From a virus (lineage: Duplodnaviria; Caudoviricetes), in the IMG/VR virus record IMGVR_UViG_3300028591_003923, positions 1 through 64,000 of that record: 64,000 nucleotides of DNA; one strand, 5' to 3'. Shown here one piece after another: positions 41,933 to 51,879 of this stretch; position 1 is the stretch's first letter; every line of letters starts with the position of its first letter. The notes under the pieces were generated by a model that had not been told where the DNA came from, searched no databases, and saw only the letters and a program-made list of their open reading frames with translations. The position numbers and the translations under genes are program-made.

Positions 41933-42136
41933 TCTACCCCAACAAGTTTATTCCATACTTAGTTGGTAAAAGAAGAGTAAGGAATACGTGTCCTACCGGT
42001 CGTTAATGTTGTGTTTACGGTGAGAACGTGTGTAGGGAAAACCGTTATATAGGATATGCAATACGCGTCCTAGGGTAAATAGGTATATCCTTCCGTAAAG
42101 TCGGACGTTGGCGCTCTACGATAGTGAGTGACATCA

Positions 42137-42211
42137 CGGAGTATGGCGCAGTTTGGCTAGCGCGTTTGCTTTGGGAGCAAAATGCCGTAGGTTCAAATCC
42201 TACTACTCCGA
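42137..42211 (+). tRNA. tRNA-Pro(UGG)
   Basis: tttgc-tt-TGG-ga-gcaaa; acceptor cggagta/tactccg. Confidence 0.9.
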
Positions 42212-42216
42212 CTTGC

Positions 42217-42289
42217 GCGCCATTAACTCAGTTGGAAGAGTAACGCACTTTTAATGCGTGAGGCCGCAGTTCGAGTCTGCTATGGCGCA
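42217..42289 (+). tRNA. tRNA-Lys(UUU)
   Basis: acgca-ct-TTT-aa-tgcgt; acceptor gcgccat/atggcgc. Confidence 0.88.
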
Positions 42290-42524
42290 TTTGACAGACA
42301 TTAATATATTTCCTTTCTTTATTAATTTTTTCTTTTCGCTAAGCCGCTACGTATGTAGCGGTTTTTGTATAAAGTGAAGTAAAATTTTAGAGTGGTGTAG
42401 GAGATTTCCTACTTTATAAATGAAGTTAATTGAATATAAGTCTCGCTTTAGAGTGAAGACTTTTTATATATATCTCTTGGGCGGTTCGTATGAATTCGCC
42501 CATTTTTATTGGGAGGAATTAAAT

Positions 42525-44228
42525 ATGGCTGAATATTTATTGACTCCAGAGGAGTACCAAAATTTTGCAGATGAAAGCCAAGTTTTAATTGATACTTTAA
42601 CCACTATTTTTAATCAAAATTCTGAAACGGAAGTATTAGTGCAGTCGTGTATTAATAAGTTGAATACATTTTTAGCAATCGCTGAAGGAGAACAAAAAAA
42701 TATATGGGATAAGTTTCAGGTACATTCAGATGAGGAATTGCAATCACTTTTTCAAAATTTTTATCAAAATAGTGGATTAACTGCGTGGACAGGGGTTAAT
42801 TTAGAACAAAACTTTTTACAAGCATATCGTATTATGGTAGATAAAAATTTACGTGAAATGCAACAATATATAGATACCGTACTACTTCCTGCTATTGTTC
42901 AAGATATTACTACTGAAGGATTAGAAGTTACGGAACAAACGGTAGGAAAATTATTAAATCAAAGTTTAAAAGATTTATATATTCAATTTGATTTAGGTAA
43001 TGGAAAAGTAACACGAACACGAAGTATAAGACCTGTAAATATTAGTGATGGTACTACAAAAGGAATTAAAATTTTAGCTGATAAATTAACACGAGTACAG
43101 CGTAAACGTATTAATGAGCTTAAAAACTATGCCAAAACTCATGGTAACCCTAAAACCGTAGGGAAAACTATTATTAATGGTAATAATGTTGTAATGAGCA
43201 TTCAATCAGATTGGTATGATTTAACTAAACATGGTATGACTGCTTCTGAAGCTAAAAAATTATCATCAACAGAAAGGACAAATATTAATGATTCAATTAT
43301 TAATTCAATTACGCAATATTTAGATGGAAAATATCAAGGTATTGCACGAACTTATATTAAAACGCAAGTTTTAAATAAAGACGATACTGCTTTTTTTGTA
43401 GGAAGTAATACCAATAAAATTACTGGTATTTTAGGAGAAATAGGCGCAATTATTGCAATTGGTGAATTATTGCCAGGAGTAGATATATCTAAAATTATGA
43501 ATTGGACAGCTAATCATCGTGTTGGGGGTAAAGAGTTATCAATAGATATTATTTTAAAAGATTTAGCTAATGTTCAAGTTAAAAATAGTAATCAAGATTT
43601 AAATATACCTGAGATACGTATTGATTTTGCTTCAATGCAAACTGGCACAATGTTACAACGTTTACAAATAGCTTATCCACAATATAATTTTGAAGATTTA
43701 GAAAACATTTTTGTAAGTGAAAGTTTTAATATTCCTGCAAAAAAGAAAGGTAACAAATGGACAGAAGTTTCAATTAATACTGAATATAAACGAGGTTCTT
43801 TTGCCGCTTGGGAAACGTTTAAAGATGGTTATAATAAAATGCAAAATATAATTAGCGATGTTAAAACATTATTAACGGCATTTGCTCCAGACTTTTTATA
43901 TTTATCCGGAGGTCCTGAATTTACTAGTCAATTGGCAATATTAGATCAGTCTTTATCAACTAGTACAACACAAATTACTGGGAATAATCTATATATTATA
44001 CGTAACACTCCATATACTTCATATTCTATTTTAACTAAAATAAAAAATGATTTAGAACAGTTAGAAAAAATACAACAAGAAGCCTTACATTTTCAATTAC
44101 ATAGCTCTTTAGGAACAGTAGGAAAAGGAGAAAATAAAGTTTCTTATAACTATGCGTGGTATAGAAATAATAATAAAACCACTTTAAATAGAAAAAGTGT
44201 TACTACTGCTTCTATGTTATTTGATTAA
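42525..44228 (+). CDS. AT-rich 567-aa hypothetical protein, possible PD-(D/E)XK nuclease domain
   Basis: GILGE..SIDII..VQVKN; ggagg RBS; flanked by terminators. Confidence 0.6.
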   Translation: MAEYLLTPEEYQNFADESQVLIDTLTTIFNQNSETEVLVQSCINKLNTFLAIAEGEQKNIWDKFQVHSDEELQSLFQNFYQNSGLTAWTGVNLEQNFLQAYRIMVDKNLREMQQYIDTVLLPAIVQDITTEGLEVTEQTVGKLLNQSLKDLYIQFDLGNGKVTRTRSIRPVNISDGTTKGIKILADKLTRVQRKRINELKNYAKTHGNPKTVGKTIINGNNVVMSIQSDWYDLTKHGMTASEAKKLSSTERTNINDSIINSITQYLDGKYQGIARTYIKTQVLNKDDTAFFVGSNTNKITGILGEIGAIIAIGELLPGVDISKIMNWTANHRVGGKELSIDIILKDLANVQVKNSNQDLNIPEIRIDFASMQTGTMLQRLQIAYPQYNFEDLENIFVSESFNIPAKKKGNKWTEVSINTEYKRGSFAAWETFKDGYNKMQNIISDVKTLLTAFAPDFLYLSGGPEFTSQLAILDQSLSTSTTQITGNNLYIIRNTPYTSYSILTKIKNDLEQLEKIQQEALHFQLHSSLGTVGKGENKVSYNYAWYRNNNKTTLNRKSVTTASMLFD

Positions 44229-44487
44229 ATAAATAAATCTAACGGTCGTACTCCGACCGTTATTTTTTTGACTTTTTTTAAAATTTTTGTTATAATATAT
44301 ATAGAAAAAGATAGAAAGGAAATATATATATGAAATTTAGAATTATTCGTATAGTAACTGATGAAACAATAGAATTTATTGAAAAGGAAGACCTTGTCGC
44401 AGCTTGTAAGTATGTAACTAAAAACTACGACGAAGATACAGTTGATTTATTTATTGAAAATTAACATATATAGAAAGGAGAACAAAA

Positions 44488-44676
44488 ATGCGTAACCCTG
44501 AAAGAATAGATGAAGTATTACAAGCCCTCTCCGATGCATGGCATAAAGTTCCAGACTGGCGCCTTGGACAGGTACTCTGTAACTTACAGAGCGCGGCAGG
44601 TAATGACTTGTTTTATATGGAAGATGACAAGTTTATAGAGCTGTTAGAGGAATATTTTAATATGGAACATAAATAG
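44488..44676 (+). CDS. DUF1040/YihD-like small protein
   Basis: MRNPERI..W.KVPDWRLGQ..DLFY.ED. Confidence 0.65.
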   Translation: MRNPERIDEVLQALSDAWHKVPDWRLGQVLCNLQSAAGNDLFYMEDDKFIELLEEYFNMEHK

Positions 44677-44680
44677 ATAC

Positions 44681-44826
44681 TTTGCGGTGGCGGAATAGGT
44701 AGACGCATGGGATGTTCAGGAGACGGGAATATGGATAAAAACATAAGGTACTGTTCCCAAGGGTTCGATTCCCAACAACCAGAGCAGACGTCGGTTCATG
44801 CATGGTGCAAATCCATGCCCGCAAAG
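44681..44826 (+). ncRNA. tRNA-like RNA with greatly expanded anticodon/variable region
   Basis: Acceptor tttgcgg/ccgcaaa; D-arm gcggaataggtagacgc; T-arm gcatgg-tgcaaat-ccatgc; internal gggttcgattccc. Confidence 0.65.
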
Positions 44827-44970
44827 TTTTTAAAAGGAGTAGAAAAAGATGACATGTGATGATTGTAAATGGAAAGCAGAAAATGAATGTCCGTGGGATT
44901 TGATGTATGATAAACCGGGTGTAGATTATGCCGATGATTGTATGGATTTTAGAAGTAAAAAGGAGTAAGA

Positions 44971-45306
44971 ATGAATGACTACATAAAACGAAAGGATGCA
45001 GTTGAAAAAATAAAAGCTGATTGTGATAGATTAAATCATGTTCCAAAGCGTGTTGTTGATTTTTTCACGTTGGGTATGGAGAGCGTTCCGAGTGCTGATG
45101 TTACGCCCGTAAGACACGCATATGATATGGACGAGTACACAAGTTTATTTGAATGTTCTAATTGTGGTTGGACGTGTGATGATATGTATTGTGGAGAACC
45201 GTGTGTCGGCAATACGGTCACATACAACTACTGCCCTAATTGTGGAGCGAAAATAGACTATAAAATTGGTTATGGTGAGCGCAAGGAGCAAGAATATGAG
45301 CAATGA
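44971..45306 (+). CDS. Zinc-ribbon protein (SADV..YCPNCGA family)
   Basis: DYIKRKDA..VPSADV..CSNCG..YCPNCGAK. Confidence 0.75.
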   Translation: MNDYIKRKDAVEKIKADCDRLNHVPKRVVDFFTLGMESVPSADVTPVRHAYDMDEYTSLFECSNCGWTCDDMYCGEPCVGNTVTYNYCPNCGAKIDYKIGYGERKEQEYEQ

Positions 45307-45591
45307 AGAGTTGATGATAGTTCTTGAATTAGTACAAACGCTGAGTTTGATTGTGATAGCAATAGTAGTAATTGTGGGATAGGAGAAGAGTCATGAATAA
45401 AGATAACTTTGTTAAAAACTGTCATCTAATTGCAGAAGATGCAAAGCTGATAGACCAAGGTAAAAATGGTGAACTGTATATACCATTAAGATTTTGGAGC
45501 GAGCTAGCTGAAATACTTGTAGACCTGGGTATACAGACAGTACTGACAAAAGGACAATACCGCGTAAAAGAGTTAGATGAGGGACAAGAGA

Positions 45592-45858
45592 ATGAGTAGA
45601 TATGTCGACATAGAGCCTTTAGATGTTGTCGGAACAAAAGGTGTAAATAAAGATTATGTAGATGGCATGGCATATGTGCTTGATTTGCTTGATAACTTAC
45701 CTACCGCTGATGTCGCGCCTGTAAGACACGGATATTGGACAGAAGATTTAACAAACCCTTATGGAATACGTTATATATGCTCTGAATGTGGTGTAGGACG
45801 GCAGTTTAAAAGTAATTATTGTCCCAACTGTGGAGTAAGAATGGACGGAAAGGTGTAA
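45592..45858 (+). CDS. Zinc-ribbon protein (same family)
   Basis: LPTADVAPVRHGYW..CSECG..YCPNCG. Confidence 0.75.
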   Translation: MSRYVDIEPLDVVGTKGVNKDYVDGMAYVLDLLDNLPTADVAPVRHGYWTEDLTNPYGIRYICSECGVGRQFKSNYCPNCGVRMDGKV

Positions 45859-46143
45859 AAGAATGAGAATAATAGTTAATTGTCCTGATAGTACAAAAAT
45901 TATAAGTGTAGTTGCGACGGGAAGAAAAGGTTTTAATATATGGGCTAACCAGAATCTGCTTTCTGTTGAAGATGATAATGAAATAACTATTCAAGAGCCA
46001 GAAAAAGATTATGAAAAAGCTCCGATTATTTTTCCAGAACCAAGACATATACGAAGAGGATAGGAAGTGAGAGAATGAGTAAATGGGATAGAGCCATTGA
46101 GCAGATATGTGAAGGAGTAAAACCCACAATGGAGAGCAAGAGA

Positions 46144-46470
46144 ATGAGTGATTTATTAATTAAAGGCGTGAAAATGCCGAAAACGTGCAACGAGTGTCAA
46201 AGCACTCTTGGACTGTTTTGTAATGAATGCCCGCTTTTTAAAGATTTTCCGAAGGAGTATATGGGCGAATCTGAGATATTACAACATACAAGACTTTCTG
46301 ATTGTCCACTAATTGAAGTTCCATCGCACGGTAGGTTAATTGACGCGGACAAACTAGAAAATATATTCTGGGATATTCTTAGTAAACCAAATGAATACGA
46401 TAAACCTTTACATGATATAATGCTTGAATTACAAGCCGCGCCTACAGTTATAGAAAGTGAGGAAGAGTGA
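46144..46470 (+). CDS. MSDLLIKGV..CPL..HGRLIDAD family protein (copy 1)
   Basis: Motif visible; paralogue at 46752. Confidence 0.7.
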   Translation: MSDLLIKGVKMPKTCNECQSTLGLFCNECPLFKDFPKEYMGESEILQHTRLSDCPLIEVPSHGRLIDADKLENIFWDILSKPNEYDKPLHDIMLELQAAPTVIESEEE

Positions 46471-46751
46471 TGGGGTGGTGTTTAGGAGAAAGCGAATACA
46501 TAATATATTGTGATGAAATTCGTGGTTCAGCTACTGCGGTCACAAAAGATATAACAATAGGGGTAGACTATTATTGGTGGAATGGCATATGAACGTAATA
46601 ACAATAGTAACAAATATAATTGCATTTATTGTAGGTTGTACTTTAGTAGGTGTAGGTATAGTCGAAAGTGATAACGACGAAGAAATAAAGGGGTTGTTAA
46701 TAATGATACTTTCTACATTAATTCTTATGAACAGATAAAGCGGGGAATAAT

Positions 46752-47096
46752 ATGAGTGATTTATTAATTAAGGGCGTAGAAATGCCAAGGTGCTGCAATA
46801 ATTGTGCTTTTCATAAACAGGGAGGCACTATAAAGTCTGTAAAAAATGGCGATATAATATGTAAAATTATTGTTAAATGTGAAATATGTAAGGCAGAAGA
46901 CCCTTATATGTCGTACAGAGATGCAGACACAAAAAGACGTGATGATTGTCCACTTGTAATGATACCGTCACATGGTAGACTAATAGATGCAGATAGCCTA
47001 AAAGATAACATTAATATATACTTTTTCCCCGTAATAGGCGCCGCTATTGATAATGCACCTACGATTATAGAAGAGGAGAATAGCAATGATGATTGA
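46752..47096 (+). CDS. MSDLLIKGV..CPL..HGRLIDAD family protein (copy 2)
   Basis: Motif visible. Confidence 0.7.
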   Translation: MSDLLIKGVEMPRCCNNCAFHKQGGTIKSVKNGDIICKIIVKCEICKAEDPYMSYRDADTKRRDDCPLVMIPSHGRLIDADSLKDNINIYFFPVIGAAIDNAPTIIEEENSNDD

Positions 47097-47299
47097 GCGA
47101 ATAATTCAAGTATGGATAGGTGACCAGTTTATAGAACTACCAATTAATCTTCCTGAAAACATGAACGAAGATGACATGTACTTCGCGGCCAGCCGCTACG
47201 TAATGGATAACATGTCAATAGATTTAATTTGACAAATTTTTAAATTTCTGTTATAATATATATAGAAAATGAGAGAAGAAGTAAAGAAAGGAGAGTAAA

Positions 47300-47797
47300 A
47301 TGTCACAGTATTTAGAGTTTTATATTAGACATAACGATGATTATCTTCCAATTGCATCATATTGCGGTAGTTCCGCATATATGGAAATGTTTGATGATTA
47401 TGTTCCAAGTTATAGTGGACTTCGTACGGTCACTGAATCAATGCTGAGTTCGGTGCGCGCGGATGTTCAGCAGAAAATTAAGGAGAATGAACAGTGCATT
47501 AAAAGAGCTGAGAAACTGAAACAGGATATTCTCCAGGCTAATAACTCAATGGAAGAGAAAGTTGAATATATGGCAGGAGAAGACCAGGCTATAGAAGAAA
47601 CGGAAGATGAAAATAGGGCACTTGATAGTGTAGACCACTTCATTGATTTCCTTTATAATATACTTGAAGAAGCTGAATTCGGTGAGCATGAGGGAATACA
47701 GAAAGATAAGTATCTCTATGCGGGTGTAGAACCTGCGATTTGTAAAGACTACGATGAAATGACTCCAGAAGAAGTAAAGGAGGCGCGCGGATGGTAA
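47300..47797 (+). CDS. Hypothetical coiled-coil protein
   Basis: aaggag RBS; own promoter. Confidence 0.7.
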   Translation: MSQYLEFYIRHNDDYLPIASYCGSSAYMEMFDDYVPSYSGLRTVTESMLSSVRADVQQKIKENEQCIKRAEKLKQDILQANNSMEEKVEYMAGEDQAIEETEDENRALDSVDHFIDFLYNILEEAEFGEHEGIQKDKYLYAGVEPAICKDYDEMTPEEVKEARGW

Positions 47798-49005
47798 TAA
47801 ATAAAATGGACATGCACAAGAAACGTCAACGTGCACTCGCCCATGTAGAAAAAATAGCATGGATACGTCCAATAGAGGGCGCCGACAACATAGAACTTGT
47901 CGGTGTTCTTGGTTGGGTATGTATTGCTAAAATAGGTGAGTTTAAAGTTGGTGACTGGTGCGTTTATATTGAGATAGATTCTAAAGTGCCTGAAAAAGAG
48001 TGGTCTGAGTTTCTGCGCCCGAAGCACTTTAAGATTAAGACAATGAAGCTTGGTAAGTTTAAAGTTATCAGCCAGGGTATAGCACTGCCGCTCTCTACGT
48101 TTGACATAGACATACCGCAGGAAGAGGGTAAAGACGTTACGAAGCTGCTTGGGGTTAAGTATTCTGTAAGGGAAGATAACTTTAGAAAATCAGAAATAGA
48201 TAAGTATAAAGCTATGGCGCAGCGTAGACCTGACGTGTTCAAAAAACCGTGGGCGCGCAGAATGATGAAGAACCCAATTGGAAAACGTATCATGTTTTTA
48301 CTCTATGGTAAGAAACGTGATGACCAGAAAAAGTTTCCAAAGAAGTTCCAGTTCGTGCATCCGACCGATGAAGAAAGAATAGAGAACATGCCATGGATTC
48401 TTGATGACCGCGATGCTCGTTACATTAAAACAACGAAAATAGACGGTACTTCAACTACGTTCATTCTTGAAAAGAAACTGTTCGGTTACGAATTCTATGT
48501 GCTCTCGCGCAATGTACGTCAGTTCACACCAGAACAGGGCAACTATCATTCACAAGATGAAAATGTGTATTGGGAAGTTGCAGAAAAATATAACGTAAAG
48601 GATTTCCTTATGAACTTTATAAAAGGCGGTAACTACCGTTATGTAGCTCTGCAAGGAGAAACCTATGGTTGCACTGAAAAAGGTGTAAAAATACAGGGCG
48701 ACCCGCATCACATTGGTGAACTTAGATTCGCAGCCTTCAACCTCATTGATTCTAAAATTGGACGTTGGGATTCGGTAGAAGGGCGCAAATGGTGTTCTTC
48801 GTTTGGAATACCTTGGGTGCCAATTGTAGATACGAACTGCCAGGTTGAATCAGACATGGAAGCTTTCAAACTTACTGCCGATGGACCATGTGAAATACCA
48901 GGTTCAACGGGGCTGCGCGAAGGCTATGTTTATAGGAAAGTTGGTGACCCTAACTTTTCGTTTAAGAACGTGTCAAGGAAATATTTACTGAAACATGGAC
49001 AGTAG
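47791..49005 (+). CDS. RNA ligase (DRB0094-like family)
   Basis: N-terminal OB fold IEGADNIE..YIEIDS..SQGI; TDEERI, KIDGTS, QGE, FAAFN, EGYV, SFKNVS. Confidence 0.88.
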   Translation: MVINKMDMHKKRQRALAHVEKIAWIRPIEGADNIELVGVLGWVCIAKIGEFKVGDWCVYIEIDSKVPEKEWSEFLRPKHFKIKTMKLGKFKVISQGIALPLSTFDIDIPQEEGKDVTKLLGVKYSVREDNFRKSEIDKYKAMAQRRPDVFKKPWARRMMKNPIGKRIMFLLYGKKRDDQKKFPKKFQFVHPTDEERIENMPWILDDRDARYIKTTKIDGTSTTFILEKKLFGYEFYVLSRNVRQFTPEQGNYHSQDENVYWEVAEKYNVKDFLMNFIKGGNYRYVALQGETYGCTEKGVKIQGDPHHIGELRFAAFNLIDSKIGRWDSVEGRKWCSSFGIPWVPIVDTNCQVESDMEAFKLTADGPCEIPGSTGLREGYVYRKVGDPNFSFKNVSRKYLLKHGQ

Positions 49006-49023
49006 TCCATAGGGAGAATAATA

Positions 49024-49293
49024 ATGATTAATTGGAGAGATGCAAATAAGGAAAAGCCTAAGCTTCATAGAACTTCTTTTGAAGATGATGGAGAAACTAT
49101 TACATATGAAGAAAGTGATACCGTACTTATTAAGTGCGAGGTAGAAGACGAGGAAATGCCTTATAGTTTTGCCAGATATGAAATAGACCAGTTCGATGAT
49201 GGCGATAGATACTATTGGGTTGAAGAAGAAAGTGGATGGACTTATGACCTTGACGCAGTTATTGCATGGGCACCGCTAAGTGAGTTGGAGTAA
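49024..49293 (+). CDS. Small hypothetical protein (DUF551-like)
   Basis: W...KP N-terminus and VIAWAPL C-terminus. Confidence 0.55.
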   Translation: MINWRDANKEKPKLHRTSFEDDGETITYEESDTVLIKCEVEDEEMPYSFARYEIDQFDDGDRYYWVEEESGWTYDLDAVIAWAPLSELE

Positions 49294-49295
49294 AT

Positions 49296-49547
49296 ATGGA
49301 ATATAAATGGATAAAACCTACAGAATCGTTGCCTCCTCTTGTACTAGATAGTGACGTGTGGCAGGTTAGTCATAATGTATTAATTTGTACTGATAGTCTA
49401 AGTGGAAATTACCGTTATGAAATTGCTTTTTGCATGCATAGTGCAGATAAAACGGTGTGGTCAGACCCAATTTCTGGCTATGTAATTAGAAATGAAAATG
49501 TACGTTATTGGCGCGAGATTGAACCCGCGCCACGAACGGACGACTAG
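49296..49547 (+). CDS. Small hypothetical protein (DUF551-like)
   Basis: WIKPTESLP..V.YW.EIEPAP. Confidence 0.55.
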   Translation: MEYKWIKPTESLPPLVLDSDVWQVSHNVLICTDSLSGNYRYEIAFCMHSADKTVWSDPISGYVIRNENVRYWREIEPAPRTDD

Positions 49548-49710
49548 GAGATATATATAAAATGAATCATATGTTTTGGATAGGTGCGCTTGTAGGTACA
49601 GTGTTTGGAATAGTAGCTACAATGGTATTTGCTTGCTGCGCTATATCGTCTCGTATGTCACGAGAAGAAGAAAAAGCTGTACTAAAGCGAGAAATGGAAA
49701 GGAATAACTA

Positions 49711-50592
49711 ATGCAGAAATTTATAATGTGTTGTGGATTGCCAGCGTCAGGAAAAACATATTGGACAGTATATAAATGCATCGTAGAAGACGAAAATTTA
49801 GCTTTGCTTTCTTCTGATGGATTTCGTGAACTGCATCCAGAGTATGATAACAATGCAATCTTTGAATTAATGCACAAATATACAATAGAAAGCTTGGAAG
49901 CAGGGAAGACTGTAATTTACGATGCAACGAACCTGGCGCGCAAGCATAGGATGGCAATTTTGACAGAGGTAAAACGTAAGTTTCCTGCTGTGTTTTGCAG
50001 TATTGAAGTGTTCATGGCACCAATAAAGGTATTAAAGGAACGCAACTCGCATAGGACTGGCGCAGAGTGCGTACCGGATGAAGTTTTTCAGAAAATGCTG
50101 TGCAGCTTTCAGTTCCCACAGTTCTTTGAAGGCTGGGATGAGATTCATATGAACGAACATAACCAGTACCAGCTTGCTGATATGGCTAATGCGACTGACT
50201 TTGACCAGATGAATCCACATCATAAGCTTACCTTATGGGACCATTCGTCGAAGGCGCGTGAAATAATGAAAGACCACTACGGTGATGCAGTTATGCAAGA
50301 GGCAGCTTTCTTTCATGACTTGGGCAAACTCTATACTCAGACATTTGATGAGAACGGGGTCGCGCACTACTACGGTCACGAAAACGCAGGAGCATATATG
50401 TATGCACTCCATGCATTTGAGCTTGGACTTTACTCATTCAACGAGATATTAGACATACTGTTTTTAATCAACTACCATATGCGTCCATATCAATGGTCAA
50501 ACCGCACATTTCAGAAAGACCTGGAGTTATTCGGTGCAGATAAAATTAAAAAGTTAAAGTTAATTCACTTCTGCGATGAAGAAGCACATTAG
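49711..50592 (+). CDS. Polynucleotide kinase-like P-loop domain fused to an HD phosphohydrolase
   Basis: GLPASGKT, SSD, DATNL, ERN; H..LWDH..FHDLGK..HE..HM..D. Confidence 0.85.
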   Translation: MQKFIMCCGLPASGKTYWTVYKCIVEDENLALLSSDGFRELHPEYDNNAIFELMHKYTIESLEAGKTVIYDATNLARKHRMAILTEVKRKFPAVFCSIEVFMAPIKVLKERNSHRTGAECVPDEVFQKMLCSFQFPQFFEGWDEIHMNEHNQYQLADMANATDFDQMNPHHKLTLWDHSSKAREIMKDHYGDAVMQEAAFFHDLGKLYTQTFDENGVAHYYGHENAGAYMYALHAFELGLYSFNEILDILFLINYHMRPYQWSNRTFQKDLELFGADKIKKLKLIHFCDEEAH

Positions 50593-50601
50593 GAGGTTAC
50601 T

Positions 50602-50940
50602 ATGGCTCATCACAAGAAAAGACATCAGAGTTATCTAAACGATTATGAAATGATAGAACTTACACAGCCGCTGGCGCATAGTAAGTATATCAAACAGATT
50701 TATCGTAAGACACTTGCAGGTAAGTGGTTTCTCACCTATGAAACTAATTCAACTTACCATATCTGTCCGTATGATGGTATTTTTAGGAACTGTGAACAGT
50801 GTGGCGCAGATAGAGAAGACTTTGACGTAAACTATTGTAAAAGAAGAGCACAGTATATAGACGAAGGTGAACTGCGGGCGCGCATAAAAGATTGCAAAGA
50901 AGCTGGACTTAGCATACATTATGTAAAGGAGATAAGCTAG
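50602..50940 (+). CDS. Hypothetical Cys-containing protein
   Basis: aggagg RBS; HICP..CEQC. Confidence 0.65.
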   Translation: MAHHKKRHQSYLNDYEMIELTQPLAHSKYIKQIYRKTLAGKWFLTYETNSTYHICPYDGIFRNCEQCGADREDFDVNYCKRRAQYIDEGELRARIKDCKEAGLSIHYVKEIS

Positions 50941-51201
50941 TGGATAGAGAAGACAAGATACAGTTTGGACTAAATATATTATTTGTTGTTTGTGCCGTAT
51001 TGGATTACATCTACGGTTTCACTGCCATTGAAGACCCAGTAATGCGACATTTTAACAACATGATAGTGTTCTATGGTGTTATGACTTATTCTAACGTAGC
51101 ATTTTAACAACGGCGCGCAGCGTACGTTCAAAAATATCTTTTTGACTTTTTTATAAAATTCATATATAATATATATAGAAAGTAAGAAAGGAAGTAACAA
51201 A

Positions 51202-51855
51202 ATGGATGATAGATTTGAACGTGCAAAAAAGCGTATAGGAAATATCATTGCTCACTTAAAGAAAGTTGGTTGGAACTTTAAGTGGGGCTGGGATGGTCCA
51301 TGTCATGAACTACCAGATAACATTGGAGAAGCTTCCGGTGCATCACGTCAGGTTTTTTGGGATTATAACCACGAGGATTTCGTTCTCAAAGTTGGTCTTG
51401 GAAAAGGAGATGAGAAGTACTGTGAAAAGGAAGAACAGGTTTACTGTGCTGCAAAAGAGCAGGGACTGGAAAAGTATTTCGGTTGGACAGCTTATATCTG
51501 TACGATAGACGATATGGAAATCTATGCCATGGAATTTCTTGACTGCGATGAATGTAGGGTTTCTGATGACAGCTACGAGTATCACTATGAGTTATACTGT
51601 GATGAGAATGAGCTTGACCCAAACACAGACGAGGCAAGAGAACAGTGGGAAGACCTGTTAGAATCGAATTGGTCTGTAAGTGTGGATAGTTCAGATGCAG
51701 TTACGGAGTGGTTTCTTGATAGATTAGATTGGCAGGAGCATGATGAGCTTTCAATTTTTCTGAATGATTGGCAGATTAATGACTTACATGCTGCAAACAT
51801 AGGATACAGAGGGAATATGCCTGTATTTGCGGATTACGCAGGATATGGTTGGTAG
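51202..51855 (+). CDS. Protein-kinase-like fold protein
   Basis: SGASRQV, VLK, E helix, MEF, DLHAANIG, DYAG. Confidence 0.7.
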   Translation: MDDRFERAKKRIGNIIAHLKKVGWNFKWGWDGPCHELPDNIGEASGASRQVFWDYNHEDFVLKVGLGKGDEKYCEKEEQVYCAAKEQGLEKYFGWTAYICTIDDMEIYAMEFLDCDECRVSDDSYEYHYELYCDENELDPNTDEAREQWEDLLESNWSVSVDSSDAVTEWFLDRLDWQEHDELSIFLNDWQINDLHAANIGYRGNMPVFADYAGYGW

Positions 51856-51879
51856 ACCATAGAAAAGGAGGACAGAATT

